Positions 15,627-24,722 of a stretch of DNA of 45,705 nt are shown here, piece by piece; position 1 is the first letter of the stretch, and the number at the start of each line of letters is the position of its first letter. The notes beneath the pieces are model-generated. The model saw nothing but the letters and a program-made list of their open reading frames with translations. It had not been told where the DNA came from and made no database searches. Source of the stretch: an uncultured Alphaproteobacteria bacterium (GTDB lineage: Bacteria > Pseudomonadota > Alphaproteobacteria > Rs-D84); assembly GCA_947168075.1 (NCBI GenBank), contig CAMVKK010000002.1, positions 1-45,705 on the forward strand, written 5' to 3'. Position numbers and translations under genes: made by a program.

Positions 15627-16295
15627 ATGAAAATGGTTCAAACAAAAGAAAATTCATCAACAAAAAGTTATGTAAAAACTGGTATCATTGCGGCAATTGT
15701 CGTGGTGGTTGCAATTTTATGCATTTGGATTGGCACCGCTATTCGTGGCGGCGATGGTGTATCCGTTGATCGCGCGTTGGAAAATGTTTCGACCAATGCA
15801 GTAACGGGGGCTGATTTGCGTATGGCGGTTGTCCGTATGGACGCGATTCAAAACGATGCCCGCGTGTTACAGGATTTACGCAAACAACGTGAATCTTATG
15901 AATCCAGATTGCGTGACGAATTGACCGCACAACAGAAAAAGTTGGAAAAAGAAAAGGCGGAAATTGAAAAGTCCCAAGATGTTCTGTCGCGTGATGCGTT
16001 ACAGCGCCGTGTCGTGGACTATCAAAATCGTGTAACACAATTGCAACGCGATTTGAATGAACGCGCACAAAGTGTCGAAGAATCTTTCCAAAAATCTTTG
16101 GCTGAAATCCAGGCAAAACATTTGGACCCGATTATCGAAGGCATCATTGCAAAGAAAAATCTGTCGTTGGTAATTGATGGCCGTTTTGCGCGTATGGGTG
16201 CAAATGTTACCGATTTGGACATCACAGACGAAGTTGTCACCGCTTTGGATAAAAAAGTGTCCAAGGTTAAAATGGCAACACCAAAAGGTTTCTAA
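15627..16295 (+). CDS. skp: OmpH/Skp-family periplasmic chaperone
   Basis: An N-terminal anchor/signal, then a long charged coiled coil (QQKKLEKEKAEIEKSQ..) with Skp-like ends. It sits upstream of lpxD-fabZ. The start could be ATG 15633. Confidence 0.8.
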   Translation: MKMVQTKENSSTKSYVKTGIIAAIVVVVAILCIWIGTAIRGGDGVSVDRALENVSTNAVTGADLRMAVVRMDAIQNDARVLQDLRKQRESYESRLRDELTAQQKKLEKEKAEIEKSQDVLSRDALQRRVVDYQNRVTQLQRDLNERAQSVEESFQKSLAEIQAKHLDPIIEGIIAKKNLSLVIDGRFARMGANVTDLDITDEVVTALDKKVSKVKMATPKGF

Positions 16296-16319
16296 TCCTA
16301 TCATTACAAAAATAAAAGG

Positions 16320-16348
16320 AACACCCCGATTTGGGGTGTTTCTTGTTT
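16320..16348 (+). terminator. rho-independent terminator after skp
   Basis: AACACCCC-GATT-GGGGTGTT followed by TCTTGTTT. Confidence 0.6.
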
Positions 16349-16396
16349 ATGCAATATTTTCTTTTATTTTAATTTTTCATTGTCTATAATCGGGTT

Positions 16397-17455
16397 ATGT
16401 TAAATATAATTAAATCTTTATTTATGCCGGCTGCTACAAAAATGACCGCCGGCGAATTAGCCGACAAATTCGGATTGGAATTACGCGGCGATAAAAATAC
16501 AATTGTACACGGTGTTGCACCAATTGCGGATGCAAAGCCTGGACAGTTGGCATTCTATTCAACCGAACAGAACAGTGCGGCATTTAAAATTTTGCCGATT
16601 TCTGTGCTGGAAAACACACGTGCTTCGGTAATTTTGGTGCAACCAGAAATGGCGAAACATGCGCCCGCGGATCGCACACTGCTTATTACCGATACACCAC
16701 GCGGATTTATTGTCAAAATATTGGGCGAAATATATCGCGAAAAACCACGTTTCGGTATCAGCCACGATGCACATATTGACCGCGGTGTGTTTTTCCGCAA
16801 AAAAAGCACTGTCTATGTCGGTCCTTTTGCAATAATTGAACGTGGCGCGGTTATTGAACCTGATGTTAAGATTTATCCAAATGCATTTATCGGACGTAAT
16901 GTAACATTGGGACGCGGAACCGTTGTGCAATCGGGCGCACATATTGAAAACGCCACAATTGGTGCGGACTGTGTTATAAATGCCAATGCAGTTATCGGCA
17001 AAGATGGATTTGGTTATACACGCCAAGATGGTCATAATATATTTATCCCGCATGTTGGCCGCGTGGTAATTGGCAACCGTGTTTCCGTTGGGGCGAACAC
17101 GTGTATTGATCGTGGGGCAATGACCGACACAAAAATCGGTGATGGAACTAAAATTGATAATCTGTGCCAAATTGCGCACGGTGTTGTGGTTGGGTCTGAA
17201 TGTTTTCTGGCGGCGGGGGTCGGATTGGCGGGCGGTACCGTTGTTGGCGACCGCACATTACTGGGCGGCCATGTCGGCGTTTCGAACGGTGTTCATATCG
17301 GTAATGATGTCGAAGTTGGCGCACAATCCGGTGTAATGCGTAATATACCGGATAATGATCGCCAGATTGGTTTCCCGGCATCTTCGGGGACGGAATTCCT
17401 GCGCCTTTACGCATGGGTCAAAAGTAACTATAAAAAATCAACGGATAAAAAATGA
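16397..17455 (+). CDS. lpxD: UDP-3-O-acylglucosamine N-acyltransferase
   Basis: LpxD-type N-terminus (..LADKFGLELRGD..) followed by long hexapeptide (LbH) repeats. The true start may be ATG 16442. Confidence 0.9.
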   Translation: MLNIIKSLFMPAATKMTAGELADKFGLELRGDKNTIVHGVAPIADAKPGQLAFYSTEQNSAAFKILPISVLENTRASVILVQPEMAKHAPADRTLLITDTPRGFIVKILGEIYREKPRFGISHDAHIDRGVFFRKKSTVYVGPFAIIERGAVIEPDVKIYPNAFIGRNVTLGRGTVVQSGAHIENATIGADCVINANAVIGKDGFGYTRQDGHNIFIPHVGRVVIGNRVSVGANTCIDRGAMTDTKIGDGTKIDNLCQIAHGVVVGSECFLAAGVGLAGGTVVGDRTLLGGHVGVSNGVHIGNDVEVGAQSGVMRNIPDNDRQIGFPASSGTEFLRLYAWVKSNYKKSTDKK

Positions 17456-17889
17456 TGGACGCAAAGGGTATAGAATCGGTTATTCCACATCGTGGCAATA
17501 TGCGCATGGTGGACGAAATCCGTGAATTCACGGACGAGCATGCCATTGGTATCAAATATGTCCGCGATGACGAATTCTGGTGTGCGGGTCATTTTCCTGG
17601 TAAACCAATTATGCCTGGGGTTCTGCAAATAGAGGCACTGGCCCAGACTGCATGTTTTTTGGCATTAAAGCATTTACATTTGGATAATGGCAAAACATTG
17701 GGCTATTTTACCACAATGGAACGGATTAAGTTTTCACACATGGTGAAACCTGGTGACACACTGGAATTACATGTTGATTTAATAATGCATAAAATGCGGC
17801 TTTATAAGTTCCATGGAATCGCAATGGTTGACGGTCAAAAAGTGGCCGAGGCTACATTTACCGCGGTCATGGACAATCGCAACCAATAA
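17452..17889 (+). CDS. fabZ: 3-hydroxyacyl-ACP dehydratase
   Basis: HFPGKPIMPGVLQIEALAQ hot-dog motif, 145 aa. The start overlaps the lpxD stop. Confidence 0.93.
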   Translation: MMDAKGIESVIPHRGNMRMVDEIREFTDEHAIGIKYVRDDEFWCAGHFPGKPIMPGVLQIEALAQTACFLALKHLHLDNGKTLGYFTTMERIKFSHMVKPGDTLELHVDLIMHKMRLYKFHGIAMVDGQKVAEATFTAVMDNRNQ

Positions 17890-17934
17890 AAAACTGGACA
17901 GATTAAAAAAAATACTTTAATATCTGTGCACATT

Positions 17935-18011
17935 GGGTGTTTAGCTCAGTTGGCTAGAGCATCTGCTTTACACGCAGAGGGTCAGGAGTTCAAGTCTCTT
18001 AACACCCACCA
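17935..18011 (+). tRNA. tRNA-Val (anticodon TAC)
   Basis: Cloverleaf read by hand: acceptor GGGTGTT/AACACCC, D arm GCTC-AGTTGGCTA-GAGC, anticodon arm TCTGC-TTTACAC-GCAGA, T arm AGGAG-TTCAAGT-CTCTT, discriminator A, encoded CCA. Confidence 0.9.
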
Positions 18012-18083
18012 TCCATCTTCTTATTGCTCTGTCGCGATTGATACAATCAGACAGAGCAATATGATTTTAATCGCAAATAGTTT

Positions 18084-18812
18084 TTACAAAATTTTTATCA
18101 GCGCATCTACGAAACCCGGAATGGTATTAACGTGTTGAAAATTGTGATTTATCCCTACAATATGTGTTTTGTTATTATAAACGCATTCATATTTTTCAGA
18201 TTTGCTGTTTATCGGCAATTTAATGGGGGTCGTCGTAAACTGTATATTCAACGCGGTTTCCAATGCCTCTTTTACGGCTTTTCCATTTACATAAATTACA
18301 TCAAAATCAGAATTATCCAGAACGAATTTTAAATATGACGCATACTCGCGAACAAGCGCATTTTTGGTTGAATCCGACAATTTTCGCCACTTTTGTTTTG
18401 TTGCCCATGGGGTTATATCCAAATGAACCAATGTTCCTTCGTAATACGACGCGTCATATTTACGTTTCATAAAACCACTCATACCATTTTTATTAGATAT
18501 GCTGCCGAACCACGCCTTGTATGGATTATTTTGGAAATAATCAATGCAACTGTCATACACTTCACACGCTTCAAATTCCGACAGGGCGGACGTATCAGAC
18601 GGACACCCCGGCAACCAATCCCTGTCCACAAGGCGCTTTTGGGTATTTCTGAACTCTTTGTCGCTGGGGTTCAGGCTAAGTGTGGCAATCTTGGCATTTT
18701 CGATATCACCAAAAAAGCAAATTGGCACAGAACGCGTAACTACGTCATTTCCCACTGGTATCGGTTTTTTAATAAATTCTATAATTTTATTTTTCACAAT
18801 TGTTTTTGTCAT
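18084..18812 (-). CDS. hypothetical protein (242 aa)
   Basis: ORF track gives 18084..18890. The ATG at 18812 has GCAGGGG upstream. No signal peptide and no family recognised. Confidence 0.55.
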   Translation of the reverse strand: MTKTIVKNKIIEFIKKPIPVGNDVVTRSVPICFFGDIENAKIATLSLNPSDKEFRNTQKRLVDRDWLPGCPSDTSALSEFEACEVYDSCIDYFQNNPYKAWFGSISNKNGMSGFMKRKYDASYYEGTLVHLDITPWATKQKWRKLSDSTKNALVREYASYLKFVLDNSDFDVIYVNGKAVKEALETALNIQFTTTPIKLPINSKSEKYECVYNNKTHIVGINHNFQHVNTIPGFVDALIKIL

Positions 18813-18871
18813 TTTAACGACCCCTGCATCAACCGAAAAATTATAGCATACGTCATGCGAACCTGCAACAT

Positions 18872-19183
18872 TTATGCCCCCATCATACACATATTTGTTT
18901 CTCGCAATAATCCAGGATCGGAAATACCACGCACAACCAAGCGAATTATTTCGTTCAATACCGCGTGATTTGCATTGTGCTTTTTGGTTACCGGGTCATT
19001 AAACATCGATTCGTTACCGTCATAGTATGTATAGTGGTGGCGAATATAGGCGACTTTTTGTTCTGGGGCCAATTCATCATTGTCCAGAATTTTGTATATC
19101 GAGCATTTGCCCAGTTTTGCCGCCATACGCTTTGCGTTTTTAGTGTCCATCATTCGGTCATAATTTTGTCTGCGATATGTCAT
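18872..19183 (-). CDS. hypothetical protein (103 aa)
   Basis: ATG with an AAGGA SD 7 nt upstream. No family recognised. Confidence 0.5.
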   Translation of the reverse strand: MTYRRQNYDRMMDTKNAKRMAAKLGKCSIYKILDNDELAPEQKVAYIRHHYTYYDGNESMFNDPVTKKHNANHAVLNEIIRLVVRGISDPGLLRETNMCMMGA

Positions 19184-19326
19184 TTTTTATCCTTTTGGTT
19201 TTGTTTACATTCCTATTGTGGGGCGAACCTTGGACAAAAATGGTCCAATATAAAAATTCATATTTTTTCTTTGTTGTGTTTTATATTTTTTTTGGCTAAC
19301 CTTTCATCCGGACAAAAGGAGAAAAA

Positions 19327-19971
19327 ATGAAAAAAGCATTACCTATTTTATTAGCCGGCGCATTACTCGCGGGCTGCACAACAAATCCATATACCGGCGA
19401 AAGACAAACATCCAAGACCGTTTGGGGCACCGGCCTGGGGGCGGCGGCAGGTGCTGCAACGGGCGCATTGGTGGACAAAAACCACGGTCGTGGCGCATTA
19501 ATTGGCGCGGCAGCGGGCGCGGCCGTTGGTGGCGGTGTTGGTTATTACCTGGACACACAAGAGGCCGAATTACGTGCCGAATTAGAATCAACCGGTGTTC
19601 GCGTTGTTCGTGATTCCGACAGCATCCGTTTAGTTATGCCGGGCAATATCACATTCCAATCTGATTCCGCAGATATTAACGCTGGATTCTATCCGACATT
19701 GAATTCTGTTGCGAAAGTGTTAAAGAAATACAGCAATTCAACCGTTATGGTTATGGGTTACACAGACAGCACAGGTTCCGTTGATTATAACCAACAATTA
19801 TCACAAAGACGCGCACAATCGGTTGCATCATATTTGATTGGCCAAGGTGTAAAGTCTTCGCGGTTCGAAGTTATGGGCATGGGCATTTCCAACCCGATTG
19901 CATCAAATTCAACCGCGGCGGGCCGTCAACAGAATCGCCGTGTTGAAATCAAAATTATTCCAAATAAATAA
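19327..19971 (+). CDS. OmpA-family lipoprotein with glycine-zipper N-domain (YiaD-like)
   Basis: Lipobox LLAG|C, Gly-zipper GLGAAAGAATGALV..GAAAGAAVGGGVG, and an OmpA C-terminal domain (..VMGYTDSTGS..NRRVEIKI). Confidence 0.85.
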   Translation: MKKALPILLAGALLAGCTTNPYTGERQTSKTVWGTGLGAAAGAATGALVDKNHGRGALIGAAAGAAVGGGVGYYLDTQEAELRAELESTGVRVVRDSDSIRLVMPGNITFQSDSADINAGFYPTLNSVAKVLKKYSNSTVMVMGYTDSTGSVDYNQQLSQRRAQSVASYLIGQGVKSSRFEVMGMGISNPIASNSTAAGRQQNRRVEIKIIPNK

Positions 19972-19990
19972 TTTATGATTCAAAAACAAA

Positions 19991-20010
19991 AAACCGCCAA
20001 ATGGCGGTTT
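19991..20010. terminator. bidirectional terminator hairpin between convergent genes
   Basis: AAACCGCC-AAAT-GGCGGTTT flanked by an A-run and a T-run. Confidence 0.6.
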
Positions 20011-20014
20011 TTGT

Positions 20015-20767
20015 TTAGTATTGATTTTGTTTCAACAACCAATTTTCCGCATTTAAAATATATTGGCGCGCACGTGTAATATCAAATTTATCATCGGTCT
20101 TTAATTTACCTTCGGCATCAATCCAGATATCATCACGCGGATATTCCTGGACCGCTGATATTTTTGATAAATTCGATTTAACATTTTCCGGGGACAAACC
20201 ACCCGAATAACCCTGGGGGATTTTCGGAAACACCGGGTCTTGCCATCCATCTGGCGAAATGCCGCGTCCACCCGATGCATCGTAAAGCAGCGAAAACATT
20301 ACAGGTGTATGATAAAATAATTGGTTGGCTATATGCTTGGTATTTGTATTATATTGCAAAATAAAATCATGATCAGGATTGTTTCCAATTAAACATGCCA
20401 ACGCAAAAACATCTGCCTTTTTCGCCGTATCCGCCGGTATATTTAATTGCCAACGTTTAATCAGCATTTTATCGCCATTACGAACATAAAAAAATTCCAT
20501 CAGTTCACTGGGCATTTTCCCTGTACGGCAAATTTCATCACACCATTCACGATTTATATGAACCGCCAAATTTATATCGTGTTTATCGCGTTGAACATAT
20601 TGCACCAATTCACGAAACCATTCGTTACGTGGCATACCACGTGACATTTTTGATGGATGCGCCTGGACAGCGATTTCGGCACGTGGTGATATTTTAGCCA
20701 ATTTAACAATATCATGAATATCGTTGAATTCACGCGGATCCGAACAAGTTATGTATTTAAGATTCAT
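20015..20767 (-). CDS. TrpF-like (phosphoribosylanthranilate isomerase-like) TIM-barrel protein
   Basis: The C-terminal half, LLYDASGGRGISPDGW...GYSGGLSPENV...WIDAEGKL, follows the TrpF pattern LLD..GG.G..fdW...aGGL.peNV...giD..sG. The start overlaps the rlmN stop (ATGA). Confidence 0.5.
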   Translation of the reverse strand: MNLKYITCSDPREFNDIHDIVKLAKISPRAEIAVQAHPSKMSRGMPRNEWFRELVQYVQRDKHDINLAVHINREWCDEICRTGKMPSELMEFFYVRNGDKMLIKRWQLNIPADTAKKADVFALACLIGNNPDHDFILQYNTNTKHIANQLFYHTPVMFSLLYDASGGRGISPDGWQDPVFPKIPQGYSGGLSPENVKSNLSKISAVQEYPRDDIWIDAEGKLKTDDKFDITRARQYILNAENWLLKQNQY

Positions 20768-21867
20768 TTTTCTTCCTTTTTGTGTTTAAGGCGCAACTGT
20801 CCACATGCTGAACCGATGTCGGTTCCCCTCTCTCGCCGAATGCGCGTATGAATACCATTTTTAATTAAAACATCCTGGAACCGATGAACAGCATTACCAG
20901 ATGGCGATGCAAAATCCCGTTCATCAACCGCATTCCACGGAATAAGATTTACCATGCAATTTTTGCCACGCAAAAGTTCTGATAACTTTTCCGCGTATTC
21001 TGGTGTTGCGTTATAAATCACCGTTTCGCCATTTTCATTATGTTTACCCAGTAAAATATATTCAATCATCAACTGGCGATTATGCAGATTTGTAAATTCA
21101 TCAGCCGCCGCTAACACTTCACTTAATTTATATTTGTTATTAATTGGCATTATTTGCGATCGTAATTCATCCGTTGGCGCGTGCAAAGATATCGCCAGGT
21201 TGATTGGACGACCCCACTCTATTAATCGCCGTATACCCGGCACAATACCACATGTGGAAAGTGTTATTCTGCGCCATCCGATTCCCATATCAACATTTGC
21301 GCGTTCCATAAACCCGATTACATTTTCGACATTTTGTAATGGTTCGCCAGTTCCCATAATTACAATATGCGAAACATCGTTGTTGTTTGCATCACCATTT
21401 GGGCGAATTGATTTTTCATTTGTGCTGTTACGCAACGTCCATTGTGCGATTAATATTTGTGCAAATATTTCGTTTACTGTTAAATTGCGTTTAAGTCCCA
21501 AAAGCGTACTGGCACAAAACTTACACCCCATTGCACATCCCGCCTGGGAACTGACACAGACACTGTTGCCATAACTGGTGCGCATCAACACGCATTCGAT
21601 TTGTTCGCCGTCCATCAATTCCAACAAAAACTTAGTCGTCTGACCATCACCAGATTCCAACTTTTTTGTAATGCGTACTGGTAAAGTTTGTGCTTTATCA
21701 TCTAATTCCGCGCGCAATTTTTCCGGCAAATTTTTCATAGATGCAAAATCAGGCGCACCACGATTTATCCAATCACGAATCTGTTTTGCCCGGAACCGGG
21801 GCTGTCCCATATCGGTTATGAACTTTTCCAATTCAGCATCTGTAAAATCAAAAAGTATTTGTTTCAT
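20764..21867 (-). CDS. rlmN: 23S rRNA/tRNA A2503 methyltransferase (radical SAM)
   Basis: N-terminus ..QPRFRAKQIRDWI.., radical-SAM CAMGCKFC, and C-terminal GSACGQL. Confidence 0.92.
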   Translation of the reverse strand: MKQILFDFTDAELEKFITDMGQPRFRAKQIRDWINRGAPDFASMKNLPEKLRAELDDKAQTLPVRITKKLESGDGQTTKFLLELMDGEQIECVLMRTSYGNSVCVSSQAGCAMGCKFCASTLLGLKRNLTVNEIFAQILIAQWTLRNSTNEKSIRPNGDANNNDVSHIVIMGTGEPLQNVENVIGFMERANVDMGIGWRRITLSTCGIVPGIRRLIEWGRPINLAISLHAPTDELRSQIMPINNKYKLSEVLAAADEFTNLHNRQLMIEYILLGKHNENGETVIYNATPEYAEKLSELLRGKNCMVNLIPWNAVDERDFASPSGNAVHRFQDVLIKNGIHTRIRRERGTDIGSACGQLRLKHKKEEK

Positions 21868-22685
21868 AATTTATATCTGTCGTCATTTATAACCACAACC
21901 GCTTTGCGGCGCAATTGTTTTAATTGTTGGTCTGCAACGAACATCGCCTGTTTATATTGCGCATTCTGCTTAATCATATCATCTAATTTACCGTATTCAG
22001 ATGTCTTTTTTGTGTTGCATACCAATAATACAGATTCATCAACCCGTGGCGACCAGGTTAGTATCGGCAAACCAATCACACGATTGCGAATTTCAGGTGA
22101 TAATTCGTACTGCTTTGCGACAAATTTTTGTGGTACCCCACCCAAATTTTCCGCCATTTCAATCGCGGCATCACAATTTTTTGGTTTGGTTAATTTTGAT
22201 GCGACATCTGCCGGTATATCGGTCAAACGAACAATTGTCATTTCAATCGGTAATCCTTGATCCCGCGCAATATCGTTTTTCATTGCATTAACATCATCTT
22301 TTGTAACATCAATTGTCGGCAAAATTGTTCGTGCCACAACAACCTGCCATGCGATGCCCGCTTTTATCGCCGTCAACGCCATTGCGCGTTCAGATTCGGA
22401 TAACCCCGTTAAATTCATCCGTTTTAATTCGTTTGCTGCATCTGCATCAGTTGGTTTCACGCCAAAATTCGCTGCATAATTTAACTTAACAGAATCATCG
22501 ATTATGTTTTGTAAAGCCTTGCGCCGATTATCTGTGGAAACATTGCCTTCGCGCGCCATCAATTTTGTTCGTGCAGTTATATCTGTATCAGTAATCGGTG
22601 TACCGTTGACAGTCGCGACAACCGTTGCACCAAACGATGGCAACACACAAAAACAGCACACAAAAAGCATTAATAATTTTTTCAT
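21864..22685 (-). CDS. SurA-N-domain periplasmic chaperone (no obvious parvulin domain)
   Basis: Signal peptide, then VATVNGTPITDTDI.. resembling the SurA N-terminus. Lies immediately downstream of lptD. 273 aa. Confidence 0.6.
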   Translation of the reverse strand: MKKLLMLFVCCFCVLPSFGATVVATVNGTPITDTDITARTKLMAREGNVSTDNRRKALQNIIDDSVKLNYAANFGVKPTDADAANELKRMNLTGLSESERAMALTAIKAGIAWQVVVARTILPTIDVTKDDVNAMKNDIARDQGLPIEMTIVRLTDIPADVASKLTKPKNCDAAIEMAENLGGVPQKFVAKQYELSPEIRNRVIGLPILTWSPRVDESVLLVCNTKKTSEYGKLDDMIKQNAQYKQAMFVADQQLKQLRRKAVVVINDDRYKL

Positions 22686-22706
22686 GAAACGTTACTCCTT
22701 TTGCCT

Positions 22707-24719
22707 TTAATATTTTTGTCCTTCGATACTTATACCGAATCTGAATTGGAAAATAGTATTTCCCTGATAATCTTCACGAACCGCATTATCACGCCGATAC
22801 CCAAACGATAAATAATAACACGGATGATTATAAAACAGTGTTCCAGAATGACGCAAAAATGTATCTTCGGTCCAATTATAAATTGCATCAAACCGTACTG
22901 ACCAACGGTCAGTTAAACGAAAACCAAGTCCAGCCATTGCTTCATTAATATCCGGTGCCAATGTTTGTGCATCTAAAAATTGACGCGCCCAAATATGGCC
23001 AATTGTAAAATAATTAGCAGCACTTCCAATAACCGCAGATGTTTCCGCATGGCGCAAATTTAAACTGTCGCGATCAAAACGAAAACGACTTGAAATATCC
23101 AACCAATCGGAATTATTAAACCCGACACGTCCGACATAATCCGAACCGTTTTTATGAAACCCACTGTTTAAATCAGTCGCAGCGCGATCTGTAAAATCAT
23201 GTGATTGCCCCAAAAATATTTCGACTGTGCGACCATCGTTATTAAATGCCGACCAGCGCACCCCATAATCTGCGAATGTTCCATTTTCCCACAAATCATA
23301 TCCAGCAAATCGATTGTTTGAAAACAGAACAGTATCAGATAAAAATGTACCCGCAGAATCACTGCTTAAAGCGAATTGGTCATCATCAGTTCTGCGCATC
23401 ATTGTCAATCGCGCACGCGGTTCAATTGTTTGCGACCAACCCGCCCCCGGCTTTACAAAAGGCAATCCCCATTCAACATATCCGTTCGGCAAAAACCGAT
23501 TTTTTAATCCAGAAAACTTATCGCCATCAACCATATCGGTATTATGAAAATTATACACATCATAACGCGCCGCAATTGATGCCGTTAAACGATTGCCACC
23601 CCATAATGTCCACGGCGATGTTATACGCGATTCACCGACCATACGTTGGGACGATGTTCCTTTGTCAACAACACTTAACACATCACCCGACAAAGTCATA
23701 TATGTTTCCGCAAATAATGGCGAAGTTTGATACACACCACGAATATTCGGTAAAATATTACCACTGGGGACGGTTCCCATCCAACCATCGCTACGCAGTT
23801 CCTGGAACACATGCGTGTCGGCAACAACATATCCAGATTGACCGAATATTTCCACTTTGGCCCCGGAATCCAAATACGGTTGATCTTCATAAAATCCATA
23901 TTTCTGCAAATATGTTTTATCAGATGCACGTGCGATAAAAACACTTGCACGTGCGTATTCGCCCATTTCGATAATGTCGTCATTAAAGATATGCCAACGA
24001 TCATCACCGGCGCGATTATGCGTATACGACCCACGGGTTCTGTATTCAGAATGTGCCAAGTTCAACCGATGTTCCAACTGGATTAATGGATTTTCTTTGG
24101 TCAAATAAGAAAGTGTTAATGTCGCATCGTGGGTATCAGAAAAAGAAACATACACCGGCAAATTTATCTGGGTTCCCATTTTATTTGTTGATTGCAAACT
24201 GGGGGTCAAAAGACCGCTTTTATGTTTAACGCCGGGATCAGGCATAGTATAGTACGGAAAATACAACACTGGTATATCATAAATATCAAACACCATATTA
24301 TGAAAACTTAACATACGATCGGACATATCATGCACTATCTTGGACGCGCTTATTTCCCATGCATTACCATAATCATCACAATTTGCACATGCCGTGAACA
24401 TAGCCTTTTTTGCGATTGTTTCATCACCGTTGCGCGTTATGTTATTTGATTCGATATACACATGCTGACCCAGCCATATTTTTACATCGTCACCCGATAA
24501 CTGTTCGCCACGGCTGGACAGGTACGAATCTTGCAATGTCATACGCGACCCGGCGGCATTTGTGATTTCGGTTTTACCCTTGGTCTTTATGGTGCCTGTT
24601 TTGACATCATATTCTATTTTTTCTGATTTAATTGTCTTTGGCGAATGAACATCCAGCGCATCGGTCGCAAAAGCCGAAACGACAATAAATACTGGCAAAA
24701 ATGCAATCAATTTTTTCAT
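22707..24719 (-). CDS. lptD: LPS-assembly outer-membrane protein LptD
   Basis: 670 aa with a signal peptide, an OstA-like N-domain, a large aromatic-rich beta-barrel, and an lptF/G-lptD-surA context. Confidence 0.85.
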   Translation of the reverse strand: MKKLIAFLPVFIVVSAFATDALDVHSPKTIKSEKIEYDVKTGTIKTKGKTEITNAAGSRMTLQDSYLSSRGEQLSGDDVKIWLGQHVYIESNNITRNGDETIAKKAMFTACANCDDYGNAWEISASKIVHDMSDRMLSFHNMVFDIYDIPVLYFPYYTMPDPGVKHKSGLLTPSLQSTNKMGTQINLPVYVSFSDTHDATLTLSYLTKENPLIQLEHRLNLAHSEYRTRGSYTHNRAGDDRWHIFNDDIIEMGEYARASVFIARASDKTYLQKYGFYEDQPYLDSGAKVEIFGQSGYVVADTHVFQELRSDGWMGTVPSGNILPNIRGVYQTSPLFAETYMTLSGDVLSVVDKGTSSQRMVGESRITSPWTLWGGNRLTASIAARYDVYNFHNTDMVDGDKFSGLKNRFLPNGYVEWGLPFVKPGAGWSQTIEPRARLTMMRRTDDDQFALSSDSAGTFLSDTVLFSNNRFAGYDLWENGTFADYGVRWSAFNNDGRTVEIFLGQSHDFTDRAATDLNSGFHKNGSDYVGRVGFNNSDWLDISSRFRFDRDSLNLRHAETSAVIGSAANYFTIGHIWARQFLDAQTLAPDINEAMAGLGFRLTDRWSVRFDAIYNWTEDTFLRHSGTLFYNHPCYYLSFGYRRDNAVREDYQGNTIFQFRFGISIEGQKY

Positions 24720-24722
24720 ATT

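Noticed and set aside
17926-18138. A 70-aa + strand ORF.
   Set aside because: It overlaps tRNA-Val almost completely, and the tRNA cloverleaf is unambiguous.
18012-19326. A bona fide integrated genomic island at tRNA-Val.
   Set aside because: I found no integrase, and no direct repeat of the tRNA 3' end (..TCTTAACACCCACCA) in 18012-19330. I report it only as a synteny break and orphan cassette.
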